Source: Octopus bimaculoides
Lineage: Eukaryota
Length of the DNA: 43,460 nucleotides
Reading direction: 5' to 3'
Assembly (NCBI RefSeq): GCF_001194135.2
Contig: NC_068981.1
Coordinates: 90,897,627-90,941,086 of the forward strand
In this document: positions 12,285 through 23,400 of the stretch, piece by piece
Position numbering within the stretch: position 1 is the stretch's first letter
How the letters are laid out: every line of letters starts with the position of its first letter
Notes under the pieces: model-generated
The model's database searches: none
The model's input: the letters and a program-made list of their open reading frames with translations, nothing else
What the model was told of the DNA's origin: nothing
Made by a program: the position numbers and the translations under genes

Positions 12285-12695
12285 AGGTATGGATGTAGTT
12301 AAAAAGATCTTCGTATCTATGTGATTATGGGTTCCGTTCCATAGAGTAGTACCTTGGGGAAGTATCATCTACAACAACACCGTTTTTATGAATGAATTTG
12401 ATCGACGGATACTGTGCAGAAACCAGCCATGTATGTGTGTGTATGTCTGTATTTGTGTGCTTGTGCCTGTATGTGTATCTTTGCATGTGTGTATCTAAGT
12501 ATTTGCGTTTGCGTTTGTCTCTCCTTACTTGACAACTGGTGTGTGTCTATGTCCCCCGTAACTTAACAGCTCAACAAAAAGAGATGCATGGATCAGGTAT
12601 CAGAAGTCATTACTGTGATCAATTCGATCGACTAAACCTTTTTTGACAGTGCTCCAGCGCGGCCGCAATCCAGTTACTGAAAATAAAACTAAAAG
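12285..12695 (+). mobile_element. Diverged tRNA-derived SINE with TG-rich middle
   Basis: Decayed head (gggttccgttcc..accttgggg), TG-rich spacer, then cttgacaactggtg..gtcccccgtaacttaac..gtgctccagcgcggccgcaatcc..actgaaa tail shared with 3305-3590 and 9486-9670. Confidence 0.65.
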
Positions 12696-13329
12696 AATCA
12701 CTGAATTATTTTCACACAAAGATCTATATCTATTTGTCGTCCTGAAGGCATGACGGTTGTGAATGGACTATACCCAAGCTAAGGTTTTAAAAGACCCAAA
12801 ACACATCCGAAGTTGTTTACCATAGCTGTTTGCCATCGTCAGTATATCGCCATCTAATTTATGCTAAAGGACTTTTTCACTTACCAACTTAAGTATGGTT
12901 TGTGTTCTATGTATTCTTCAGCTTTCAGAAATATTCGACTGTTATTAAATTAATCTTACCCATTTTTGATTGACTTGCAGATACAAAAACGGTGTAAAAT
13001 GCATTTTCTGATTAACCCTCTATCAATTTTGCCATTTACTGCTTTGAACAATAATTTTCAATTTCTAACATTGATAGATAAACGTTCTCATATTTTGGTG
13101 GGAGGTATAGATGATTATATAGATTCTAGTACGTCACTGTTCTTCTTTCATAAAACTCAGAACGATAAAAAGTCTTTATCAGAGGGATTTGAACTCAGAA
13201 AAAAAACCCCATTAAATACGATAAGGTATGTTGTCCCGTATACCATCGTGCCTTTTTTTGTTCAGTAACACCCTCAGAGTAATATTTATTTCTTACCTTG
13301 AAATACTAATACAAATTAAGTTTGTATTA

Positions 13330-14090
13330 GTCGCGTTTCTGATCGGGTTTTCAACACATGACTACACATTAACACCCGTCCACCACAGGTGAGGTGAGGG
13401 TCTACATACAATTGCGGGACGTTCGACTTTCTTGGACGAACCACCCGTCCAAGGGAAACGTCTTCGCGCTGATCTGTACAATTATGACCTTACATAAACA
13501 CCCGGTATATTTGGGTGGGGCGGTGCCTCCGGGGTCGCCAGGTAGCCGTATTGTCCCGGGTTCGACGCCGGTGCAGATCCACGGCAACCAGTTACGGACC
13601 GGCGCCTATTTGGTCGGCTCGTACCTGAGGAGAGCCGGAGGGGGAGTTTCGGTACCTTTGGTTACTCTCGTACGGGAGGGACCTGCGTGGGTTGGACATG
13701 CCATCACGAGCCGCCTCTCCCTCAGAGGGCGTAAGCTCTCTCACCACGAAAAAGTAGTGCCGGGGTCGCCCGCCCTGGCGCCATGGTTACCTTAAGAGAC
13801 AGCAGAATCAGGTTGCCTCGACGCTATCGGCGCTCTTGGTGTCCAGTTCAACAAGGCCAAGTCGACCTTACACTATTTAAACATTTTTTCTTTGCTCGAG
13901 TCAAACACTGGATTTTAAAGGTCAAGGCCCCCTGGTGTGGATTTTCCGAGTCCTCTCCCTACAGCCCCCGTTTGCGAGCGCGTACTTTTTTCATATTCGT
14001 TTACTACATGTTGTTGTACACCTATTACACTATTTTTGTTTTGCTCGGGTCAAACACTTCAGTTTGACCTTGCGTTCGAAGTTCATGTAA
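13330..14090. other. GC/CpG-rich island of unknown origin
   Basis: Abrupt compositional shift from the AT-rich flanks, with several inverted and direct repeats and no recognisable protein. See findings. Confidence 0.6.
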
Positions 14091-14149
14091 CGACTCATTA
14101 TTAATAATGCTAATAGTTTCAAATTTAAGCGTAAGACCAGCAATATTTT

Positions 14150-14535
14150 GGAGCGGGGGCTGGTTGATTAAATCGACTCCAGTACTTTACAAGTATTTTG
14201 TTCTATCAAACTTTGTAAGATGAAAGACAAAGTTGATCGAGGCAAAATTCAAACATACGACGTAGAGGATTGTAACTAAAATGAACATCCGACATTTTAC
14301 CAACTCCGACAATTCATTATCGCTTGAGAACAATAAACATTAATTTCTAACAAAAGCACCCTGCTTTACTGACAATAAAGTATGGTATTCAAGGGAGCAT
14401 TTCAGTTGACTAAATCGACCACAGCAGTTAACTGGTACTTTATTTCATCGACGTCGGAAAAATTAAAAGAGAAGATGATCTCGGCAGTATTTGAACCGGG
14501 AAACATAAAAAGTCGTAATTAAATATCGTAAAAGT
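14150..14535 (-). mobile_element. Two decayed copies of the ~200-bp SINE-like repeat
   Basis: taaatcgactccagtact..gatgaaagacaaagttgatcgaggcaaaattcaaac and taaatcgaccacag..aactggtactttatttcatcgac..gatctcggcagtatttgaacc. Confidence 0.6.
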
Positions 14536-14874
14536 ATTTTCTCAAAGATTGTATCGCACCGAATAGCGAAATGCAATTAAGTTTTCCCGTAGAAAGGAAG
14601 AATCAATTTATTATTCCATTCATCATGAAAGTATATAGTTATTGTTTTCAGGTGTCAATAGTATTTAAACTTCTAAGCCTTCTTTTAAAACCATCCGCTT
14701 TTCTATTTTTGAAATTATAATTATCTTTGGAGGAGTAGATACTTTGTTCTTTAATGAACAAAACTCTATGAAAATAAATGCAAATTTTCAAAGTATGCGT
14801 GAATATCTTTCAGTAAAATTATTACATCATGTTTATAATTTTATATTATTTATTCATCACTTTTATTTTTGAAG

Positions 14875-15010
14875 GCATAATGATTTACCATACAGAATTC
14901 GTATGTATACTGGAGTGAATGAAACCGATTTTTACAGCAGCTTGGACAAAGTTTGGGAGGTTTCACAAACCGATATTCCACGACTAAAAGAAGGAATGGT
15001 TGGTGCACAG
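14875..15010 (+). CDS. DPEP1-like: Membrane dipeptidase (peptidase M19, renal dipeptidase family), internal exon A
   Basis: Acceptor ttttattttgaAG|G and donor CAG|GTaaag. 136 nt, phase 2 to 0. Translates (G)HNDLPYRIRMYTGVNETDFYSSLDKVWEVSQTDIPRLKEGMVGAQ, matching the M19 motifs DGHNDLP and TDIPRL..G.VG.Q. Confidence 0.95.
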
Positions 15011-16399
15011 GTAAAGCTTTTGACTTTCAGTTTCCTTGTTTTTGTTGATTATATTGCTGTTTGTCCCCAGGACAGCCTTTATTACGCAGATCTATTATCA
15101 GAGACATTCTAGCCATGACAATTCAGTCTTTGTTATGAATGATGTAGCTAAGACAACACTATTCAATGTTATACTCTCATACAGAATACACACGCAAACA
15201 CATACACACATTAACCGATAGTGTATGTAATAGATAGATGTGTACAACTTGTTTTCCTATATAAAATTTCGTATATGAAATAACTTCTGGACTAGTATCA
15301 ACCTCGTATTGCAATTTAGTTAGTGATCGAGTACCCACTTTAATTTTTCACGGAGATATTGCTTATAAGCCCGCTATTACTTGTAGCTTAGGTAAATCGG
15401 ATAAGTAAGGTTTCACAAATAGCTCATTCTTGGCAGCTTGTTCGGTTAATAAATTGTTAGCGCGTTTCGTTTCAATACCTTTCAATAATACGAAATGATT
15501 TAATTATGCTCGACTACAAAATAGTTCGTTAAACATTATTCAGTATATTCATTTTTTTTTAAGGCGGTAGGATGTGATTTGAAGGAGATTTGGCAGCTTT
15601 TGCTAAATATTACTAACAACTTTTGCAATAGTTTATTCGATGGAACGTCAACAAAGTATGTTGAAATGCTAGTGTTTATAGAGTTTATTGATTATTGTAT
15701 CTTATATTTGAATCTTGTAGAAACATATATTTTCCACTTTGTTGGTCATTATATAAGTATTAGCCATTATTTTATTTACGTTGCAAAATACACCAATTCT
15801 TTTTGTCAAGTTGGAATTGTTCTCATTAACAATTTTGCAAGAATCTGGTCGGCCAATGTCCTTATTGTAAATATGATTTCAGTTAATTCCTCTTTTGTTA
15901 AATTCCCCTTGTTTTGCTTGTTCGATAGTCGCCTCTTGCTTCGTATTTGTATCTTTAAATAAATAGGTTATAATTTCTATATATATTTCGCTCTATATTT
16001 TGTTAAATATAGGTTTTATAACAAGTCTCCAATGAAAGAAAGGGCATTTTATTATCAACATTCGAGGATCTGGTGTTCAGCACTGACACTAACCGAAAAC
16101 GTCCTACTTTTTAGGTCAAGAACCGACTCTCATACATTCCAACAATTGCGAAGGATTCTTTGTCTCGTAACCAATTCAGAGTCCCAGTTCTCTAAATAAG
16201 GATACGTCGGTTTCTCACCTTACCTGCCAATGTGCTTTAGTTGCCTCCAAAAGAGTAGAAGAATGGGAACTATTCAGTGTGCGTCATGTATAAAGGCTGC
16301 GCAGAGCTGCTAAGTTGGAATTACATACTGTCAATTGCTTGTTTGATACTCGCCTCTTTCTTCGTATTTGTATTAGTGACTGTGTAGTTGGTAGGAAAA

Positions 16400-17215
16400 A
16401 GAGGCCGAAGATAATGTGTATTAGGTACAGGCGTGTTTATATCAGTGCGATCGTATACATGTGTGTATGAAGCTAGTGCTTGTAATTGCGTCTATGCATG
16501 ATACCACAACATAAACATACTAAATCTATGTTGTAGCATGGATGTATAAGATTAATGTATGTAGTATGAAATGTGTGATGTGTGTGCAATGTTTCATATG
16601 CATTTATGTTAGTTTGGGTGAAGGTGTGCGGGATAACATAAGGTAACATGGTGTGTGTATCGACGTGTTTTTATGTACGTGTGTCCAGCACTGACACTAG
16701 CCGATGCTTATGTACGTGTGTCCAGCACTGACACTAGCCGATATTTTATGTACGTGTGTCCAGCACTGACACTAGCCGACTGTTGATATCTTTGCACACG
16801 TGAGATGTTAGTAATTATACTTGTATGCTAGTTTGTGTGTGATATGTTAAGTTTTTATGAATGTTCAGACAGGTGGTATGTTATGGTAGAGTGCGGTGAA
16901 AAAGAGTGGAGTGCAGTTATGCGAACGATATTGAACTATTCATGCCTGAGAATAGTGGAGCATCTGAGGAAGTAGTAGCAATGATACAAAATAACGCAAC
17001 AGACCGAGAGAGAGGCAGAAAATAGCATTGGTTGGTGAATTGAAGTGACGAGCGACAGGCAATGTGGTATTGTTTAAGCGGCCATCTTGTGGATGTTCCG
17101 AGCTATAATCTGTTAACCTGCAGCCAGTTTCTCCATTTAAGAAAGTAGATGGCGTTCCTTGTGACATGTGAAATGACCTGTGATAAAGAATGAAAGGTAG
17201 GTTGATGTAAGTCGT
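16400..17215 (-). mobile_element. Penelope-like element 3' fragment: GIY-YIG endonuclease remnant plus CA-rich 3' region
   Basis: The minus strand gives ITGHFTC / NAIY / GETGCRLTDYSSEH..LPVARHFNSP, matching the PLE motif FTC...NVIY..C..YIGETGRRL.DRF.EH....PVARHFN.P. The CA-rich tract follows downstream on the same strand. Confidence 0.8.
16671..16779. repeat. Three identical 34-nt direct repeats (period 37-38)
   Basis: TTATGTACGTGTGTCCAGCACTGACACTAGCCGA at 16671, 16708 and 16746, separated by TGC and TATT. Confidence 0.97.
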
Positions 17216-19009
17216 ATAGTAGCGTTGTAGATGTAATAAAACCTGTTACAACAGGTTCAGAAGCAAGGAAAAAGTCTTAAATTATGAATTTTTTCGATTA
17301 TCTATAAAAGATGCTCATTTCTAACTGGAAACTATGTGGATAAGCGAACTTTTATACTGTTAAACTGATTTTCAAAATATCCATCTCGTTATTTGCTTTG
17401 GTTTCTACATTTTATAGAGTTTTTAATCAATTATTTAAAGCCATTCCTTAAAATTGGTGTTGCCCCTTATTTCTGTAAATCTCTCAGTCGTTTTTGCTCT
17501 TTTTTTTTGTAATATTTGATTTTACATGATTTGCCGGAATATTCTAGTTTCCCGATATTTTCAGACACGCAGTATATTCCTCTAAGTGTATATTCATGTT
17601 CATCTGGTTAGGTTTCCTCGAAGGAGTTCTCCGTACACCAATCACAGAAAAATGAGCATCTGCTTCAATTCTCGCAATGTAAAGTTGAAAAGCAATTTGG
17701 AATTTTAATTGCTTCTGCTCGTTCTCCTGACCGAAAGAAGCATACTGTAAACATCCACAGAAAACAAAAAAACAAATGCCAAACCTGTCCAACCCGTTGT
17801 TTTCCAACTTCCATTCAACCGTAACAGTAATTATTTTTATCTTTTGTCATCAACATCCATTGTTTAGACTTTTACACTGCGAAGCTACTTACCCGACTGT
17901 TACAATATCGATTCATCATGGTCAAAATCCATCTTAACACCAATGCTTTGTATATCATAGAGAATTGTTTACAGCCAATATGTCCGACGGCCATTCATTA
18001 CAGGTTCGAAACACGAGAAAAACACGTGTCATCCAAGAAAGTGACATTTCATATAGCTTTATTTTTACCAAATAGTAAAATGAGAACGACAGCTGAAATC
18101 TGCGAAATAACTCATGAATTATTTTGTCTTGGACATTTTCTTTCTTTCTCCCGTTTTGCAACTTTTCTTTCAATGGTAATCTGTCATGTTTTTCGGTTGT
18201 TTAAACATAAGTATTTTACTTGCATTTCTTTTTCTCTCTTGTGAATGCATCTAGTCTGTGTTGATATGAGTTATTCACACACATTGACACGAATGCACAG
18301 AAACAGTAAAGCATATCCCTTTCAGCATATATATTTTCTGATAGGAAAAATTATAGCTGACACTTCTACATCTTTTATTCGAAGGCTCGTGAAAACACTG
18401 TTTCTGTATTGTTATTAAGATTAATTCAACCTCACCTGCATATTCTGCAATTTGTATTATAAGATACAAGGCCGTAGGTTAACAATTAGAAAGTAAAAAG
18501 AAACAGGTTAAAAAAAATTACGTTCGATTCTGCCAAAAGGTATTGAGAATGAATAGACAGGATATTGTTTGAATTCTCATTGTTCTGCTTGTGCATTATG
18601 ACTTATCATCTGTTTGGCAGATACACTATATATATATATAAGAAAATAATGTATTCACTAATTTCCATAACCAAGAGTCTGTATTCTTGTTAGATACATC
18701 GATCCTGTGGGATACCTTTGATTGAGAACATACACAATAAGACTGAAACACGCTGGTGTCTCAAAGTTCGCTAATACCAGTGAATCAAGTGTGTTATGAA
18801 CATACTAAAGGGAAATGTTCTTCGTCGACGATAAACAACAACGACCAGATATCCATGTATGAACTTGCCAAAACCTATTGAGAATGATTTGATGTGTTAT
18901 CGTTTGGTAGATTTCTGTTTTAAAATTTAGGTAATACGAAAGCAACAGAATCTTCACATGTTGAACAACTTACTCAATATCCCCTCTTCAAATTAAATCC
19001 ACCCGGAAT

Positions 19010-19460
19010 CTTAAATGTATACCACAACCCTAAACAGATTCGTCAAACAATGAAAATATATTTCAAAAATTATGTGAATTTTCTTTTGATGAAAGACGTT
19101 GGACAAAATTCCGTCCGATGACATGTCAAACAATGAAAAGTGGGTGACAGAGACCTGAGCGCACGCACATACCCTCACATAAACACACACACCTCCTTCT
19201 CTTGCACTCTCCTGTCTTAGAAAGCACTTTTTCTTCACCCATTCTCTTCCGGTCATTTCAATATGTGACCGCGTGTGTATCGTTGGCGATTTTTTTTCTC
19301 CGTCTTCCCTTCTTTGGAGTTTTTCTATATTTCTGATGAAGACCTTCGCTCGAAACGTGAAATCCTCTTTCTTTTCTTTCCTTTCCTGAGCGTCCAATAA
19401 CACTGTACTTATTTCACGTCCTCGCGTTGTTGTTTTTTCTTGCTTGTTCATGTTTGGACT
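19010..19460 (+). mobile_element. Probable Penelope-like terminal (pLTR) region with a hammerhead-like motif
   Basis: CA/pyrimidine-rich tract followed by CTGATGA-AGACCTTCGCTC-GAAACGT at 19333-19358 and a T-rich tail. Penelope-like elements are known to carry hammerheads in their pLTRs. Confidence 0.6.
19329..19420 (+). ncRNA. Degenerate type I hammerhead ribozyme motif
   Basis: Core CUGAUGA 19333-19339, helix II GAcC-UUC-GCUC with one C.C mismatch, GAAA 19352-19355, palindromic ACGU, and helix I AUUU(19329-32)/AAAU(19360-63). Position 17 is G (non-canonical). Confidence 0.55.
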
Positions 19461-19699
19461 GACTATATATATATATATATATATATAATACAAAGAATAT
19501 ATATACATGTATACACACATATATGGACATACTTACATCTACATGTGTATATACATGCATATCAGGGTATATATATATGGGTGTTTTGCTCAACATCCTT
19601 AAACAAACCTTATTCAGGGACATTTTAAGCGGAATGGGCTACCTGGGCCCCACCTGCGAGGTCATGTGCTGTTTATTTTGATATGAGATCACCATGTCA

Positions 19700-20185
19700 N
19701 NNNNNNNNNNNNNNNNNNNNNNNNNNNNNNNNNNNNNNNNNNNNNNNNNNNNNNNNNNNNNNNNNNNNNNNNNNNNNNNNNNNNNNNNNNNNNNNNNNNN
19801 NNNNNNNNNNNNNNNNNNNNNNNNNNNNNNNNNNNNNNNNNNNNNNNNNNNNNNNNNNNNNNNNNNNNNNNNNNNNNNNNNNNNNNNNNNNNNNNNNNNN
19901 NNNNNNNNNNNNNNNNNNNNNNNNNNNNNNNNNNNNNNNNNNNNNNNNNNNNNNNNNNNNNNNNNNNNNNNNNNNNNNNNNNNNNNNNNNNNNNNNNNNN
20001 NNNNNNNNNNNNNNNNNNNNNNNNNNNNNNNNNNNNNNNNNNNNNNNNNNNNNNNNNNNNNNNNNNNNNNNNNNNNNNNNNNNNNNNNNNNNNNNNNNNN
20101 NNNNNNNNNNNNNNNNNNNNNNNNNNNNNNNNNNNNNNNNNNNNNNNNNNNNNNNNNNNNNNNNNNNNNNNNNNNNNNNNNNNNN
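19700..20185. other. Assembly gap (N). Other gaps: 6678-6687, 26835-27030, 28417-29181, 41584-41937
   Basis: Runs of N. Confidence 1.
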
Positions 20186-20369
20186 AGATAGATAGATAGA
20201 TAGAAAGATAGTCACGTCAGAATAATAGTAGACTTACTTGCAAAAAAGGACGTGTGCGTTCAATAATGTAATAATACAAAGAATATATATACATGTATAC
20301 ACACATATATGGACATACTTACATCTACATGTGTATATACATGCATATCAGGGTATATATATATGGGTG

Positions 20370-20630
20370 TTTTGCTCAACATCCTTAAACAAACCTTATT
20401 CAGGGACATTTTAAGCGGAATGGGCTACCTGGGCCCCACCTGCGAGGTCATGTGCTGTTTATTTTGATATGAGATCACCATGTCACGCTCATATGGTTGT
20501 GATGCATGCATGTGCCTGGTGTACCCTTATCAGACGGGTAGTCATGATGGGTATAATGGGCTTTGTATATTTTACCCCAGTGTCACTTTGATGGCATGCA
20601 CTGCTCTCTCAGTCAATAATAATAATAATA
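20370..20630 (+). mobile_element. Retroposon 3' end with (AAT)n tail
   Basis: Non-coding, GC-elevated segment ending ctctctcagtc(aat)n, typical of LINE/SINE 3' ends. Its first part is also present at 19585-19699. Confidence 0.5.
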
Positions 20631-21143
20631 ATGTAATGTATATGGATGTCGGCAGATAAGGACACATTCACACATACGGGCATTACCGATCGATTAGGTA
20701 CCAGCTTTCCATTAAATACTCAGTAATGGTCGCGTCATTCATTACCAACCTATCGATCAATACATACATGATGTCTTTGTACTCACTACACGCACACTAA
20801 TACACATACATACTCTCACACATATAAATACATAAATAAATGGATGGATATATTGATGCACTGACATACACAAGCATTCCTCTGCGTATATATACATATG
20901 AACAGCTAGAAATTTACTACAGATATCGAAATATGTATTCTGTCTTTGTTGTTAGCATATTTTTTTTCAGATAAATCCAAGGGTTCTTATTTCTCTTCAG
21001 ATAAGCGACACCTGCTTTTAGAATCTTTTTTTCAGTGTACTATTTGTAATTCATGAAAACAGAGAGAAATAAGCAAGTGAGTGAGAGTAAGTAGAGAAGA
21101 TACAAAGAAGGCAAAGAGTGCGCGCGTGAGTGTGTGATAGATA

Positions 21144-21255
<112 letters not shown>

Positions 21256-21692
21256 AAGATAGAAAGTAAATGCAGTGGGTTGATTTTGTTGCATAGATAC
21301 TTATATACTTCACATCGACAGCTGCAAGTATTTTGCTCTCTATAGCTAAATAGTCATAGTAAAAGCAGGACGGAAACTGAAAACAACGTGTTTGACTTAC
21401 GACAAACGTACAACAAAACAACAATAATCTAAATAAATAAGAAAATAATCTAGGCTCCTTCGGAAACATCGATTGTCCCATATATTTATTATTGAAGAGA
21501 GTGTGATAATTTTGGTACTTTTAGTTTGCCATTGAAATTGTTTGATTTGTAGTACTGTGTTCTCGGCTATTTTGGTTACACATGCAACTAAACTTTCAGC
21601 ATTGTGTCTTTTATGATCTGTAAAAGTGATAGCTTCATTTATTCGAAGGCATGTAGAAACACTGAATTCGCCCCTCATCTATATCGACCTCA

Positions 21693-22076
21693 GTGGAGGC
21701 GCAATGGCCCAGTGGTTATGACAGTGGACTCGCGATCGTAGGATCGCGATTTCGATTCCCTGACCGAGCGTTGTGAGTGTTTATTGAGCGAAAACACCTA
21801 AAGTTCCACGAGGCTCCGGCAGGGGATGGTGGCGAACCCTGCTGTACTTTCACCACAACTTTCTCTCACTCTTTCTTCCTGTTTCTATTGTACCTGTATT
21901 TCAAAGGGCCATCCTTGTCACACTCAATGTCACGCTGAATCTCCCCGAGAACTACGTTAATGGTACACGTGTCTGTGGAATGCTCAGTCACTTGCACGTT
22001 AACTTCACGAGCAGGCTGTTCCGTTTGATCGAATCACCTGGAACCCTCGTCGTCGTAACCGACGGAGTGCTAACCA
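21693..22076 (+). mobile_element. Full-length tRNA-derived SINE with 12-bp target-site duplication
   Basis: TSD ATATCGACCTCA at 21681-21692 and 22077-22088. A box TGGCCCAGTGG, B-box-like ATTTCGATTCC. 384 bp with no poly-A tail. Confidence 0.88.
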
Positions 22077-22312
22077 ATATCGACCTCAAGGAGTACTGTG
22101 AAATTTGTATTCTAAGAAATACAAGCGTAGGCTAGTAATAGAATGGTAGACAAAAGAGGATAAAGGAAAACATTTTCCATTGAATGTTTGAAATTATGTG
22201 GATAGTAAATAAGTTTAAATGTATATTGAATGTGTACGTATGCACTAAAATGTTTTTGTGGATTTTAAGAAAATCTAACGGGATATTAACATAGTGATTA
22301 ATATAAAGATAA

Positions 22313-22495
22313 AAGCTGGCAGAAAACGTTAACAGGCCAGGCGAAATGTTTAGCGGTATTTCGTCTGTCCTTACGTTCTGAGTTCAAATTCCGCTGAGGT
22401 CGATAAGTTAAGTATCAGTTGCGTACTGGGGAAGATCTAATCAACTGGTCCCCTCCCCCAAAATTTCGGGCCTTGTTCCTAGAGCAGAAAAGAAG
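22313..22495 (+). mobile_element. Copy of the ~200-bp SINE-like repeat (internal deletion)
   Basis: gctggcagaaaacgttaac..gcgaaatgtttagcggtatttcgtctgtccttacgttctgagttcaaattccgctgaggtcga..gcgtactgggg..aaatttcgggccttg. Confidence 0.8.
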
Positions 22496-22756
22496 ATAAA
22501 AGTTTAAAGCTTCTCGAGATATGTATTATATAATAGATACTATGCAATCCTGCTTAGTATATACCAGCATCTAACAAAGCGGTTGATACGACCTTATGTT
22601 TCCATTGAAAAATAAGGTGGCGTGGAGAAGGAATACTTGCGTTCATGGGAAACTGTTGATCGTCCACAATAACTCCACTTGCTCTTGTCTGTACCTTGTT
22701 ACAACTGTAGATACAACATCAAATCTGATTTTCGAAACTTTGTATAATTTATGCTT

Positions 22757-22758
<2 letters not shown>

Positions 22759-22849
<91 letters not shown>
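22759..22849. repeat. (CA)n microsatellite
   Basis: Direct inspection. Confidence 0.98.
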
Positions 22850-23040
22850 ACTAGCACAATATATGCGCTAGGTACTGTCTTCCTTTTTAAAAGTGGATTG
22901 TCTAGTCATACGCGCAGACACGCTTATGTGGTTAAAGAGTTCCCTTTAGTAGCGGCACCCTGGGCAAGTATCTTTTACTACAGCCTAGAGTCAACCAATG
23001 CATTATGAGTGAATTTCGCTGAAAACTGTGGGGAATCCCG

Positions 23041-23069
<29 letters not shown>

Positions 23070-23071
<2 letters not shown>

Positions 23072-23400
23072 TATGACGGGCTTCCCCACACGGAATCTCA
23101 CTCACCTCCCACATTTAACTGCAACTCTTCCCATACACACCTGTATACCACCCACCTCCGTACCTTCACGACACACGCATCGCTATACACACCCATGTGC
23201 ACTGTTGAAATCATCACTCACTTCACACACGTTTACACACACATACACACACCTTCCCACTCCACACACACTAGCACTAACCACTTCTCAGCACCCACAC
23301 CACACACCATTATCTACACTCCACACACCTTCAATAGCGTCACCACACATACCACTATACGAGCAGCCACACACACTTTTTGACTCAGTACACACCCCAC
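23070..23400 (+). repeat. CA-rich dispersed repeat, homologous in inverted orientation to 41105-41470
   Basis: Shared blocks such as cacacc..ttcaatagcgtcacCacacataccactatacgagcagc.acacacact.tt..actcagta.acac, and acattt/caactgc..cacac.tg.atacc.cc.acctc.gtacc. Confidence 0.8.

Noticed and set aside
14903-15112. ORF-track calls 14903-15112 and 30017-30262 as complete proteins
   Set aside because: The first is exon A read through its GT donor into the intron. The second starts at the exon C donor (ATG|GTGAGT) and is intronic.
15620-16050. Possible LINE RT remnant on the minus strand
   Set aside because: The similarity (..DQILAKLL.., DVPSNKLLQK) is too fragmentary to support a call.
16671-16779. 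CRISPR-like array
   Set aside because: The spacers are only 3-4 nt, the context is eukaryotic and there are no cas genes. It is a minisatellite.
17550-18200. Possible piggyBac transposase remnant on the minus strand (GHIGCKQF resembles GRHGCKQF)
   Set aside because: Only one short motif, with no TTAA/TIR boundary found. It needs TBLASTX to decide.
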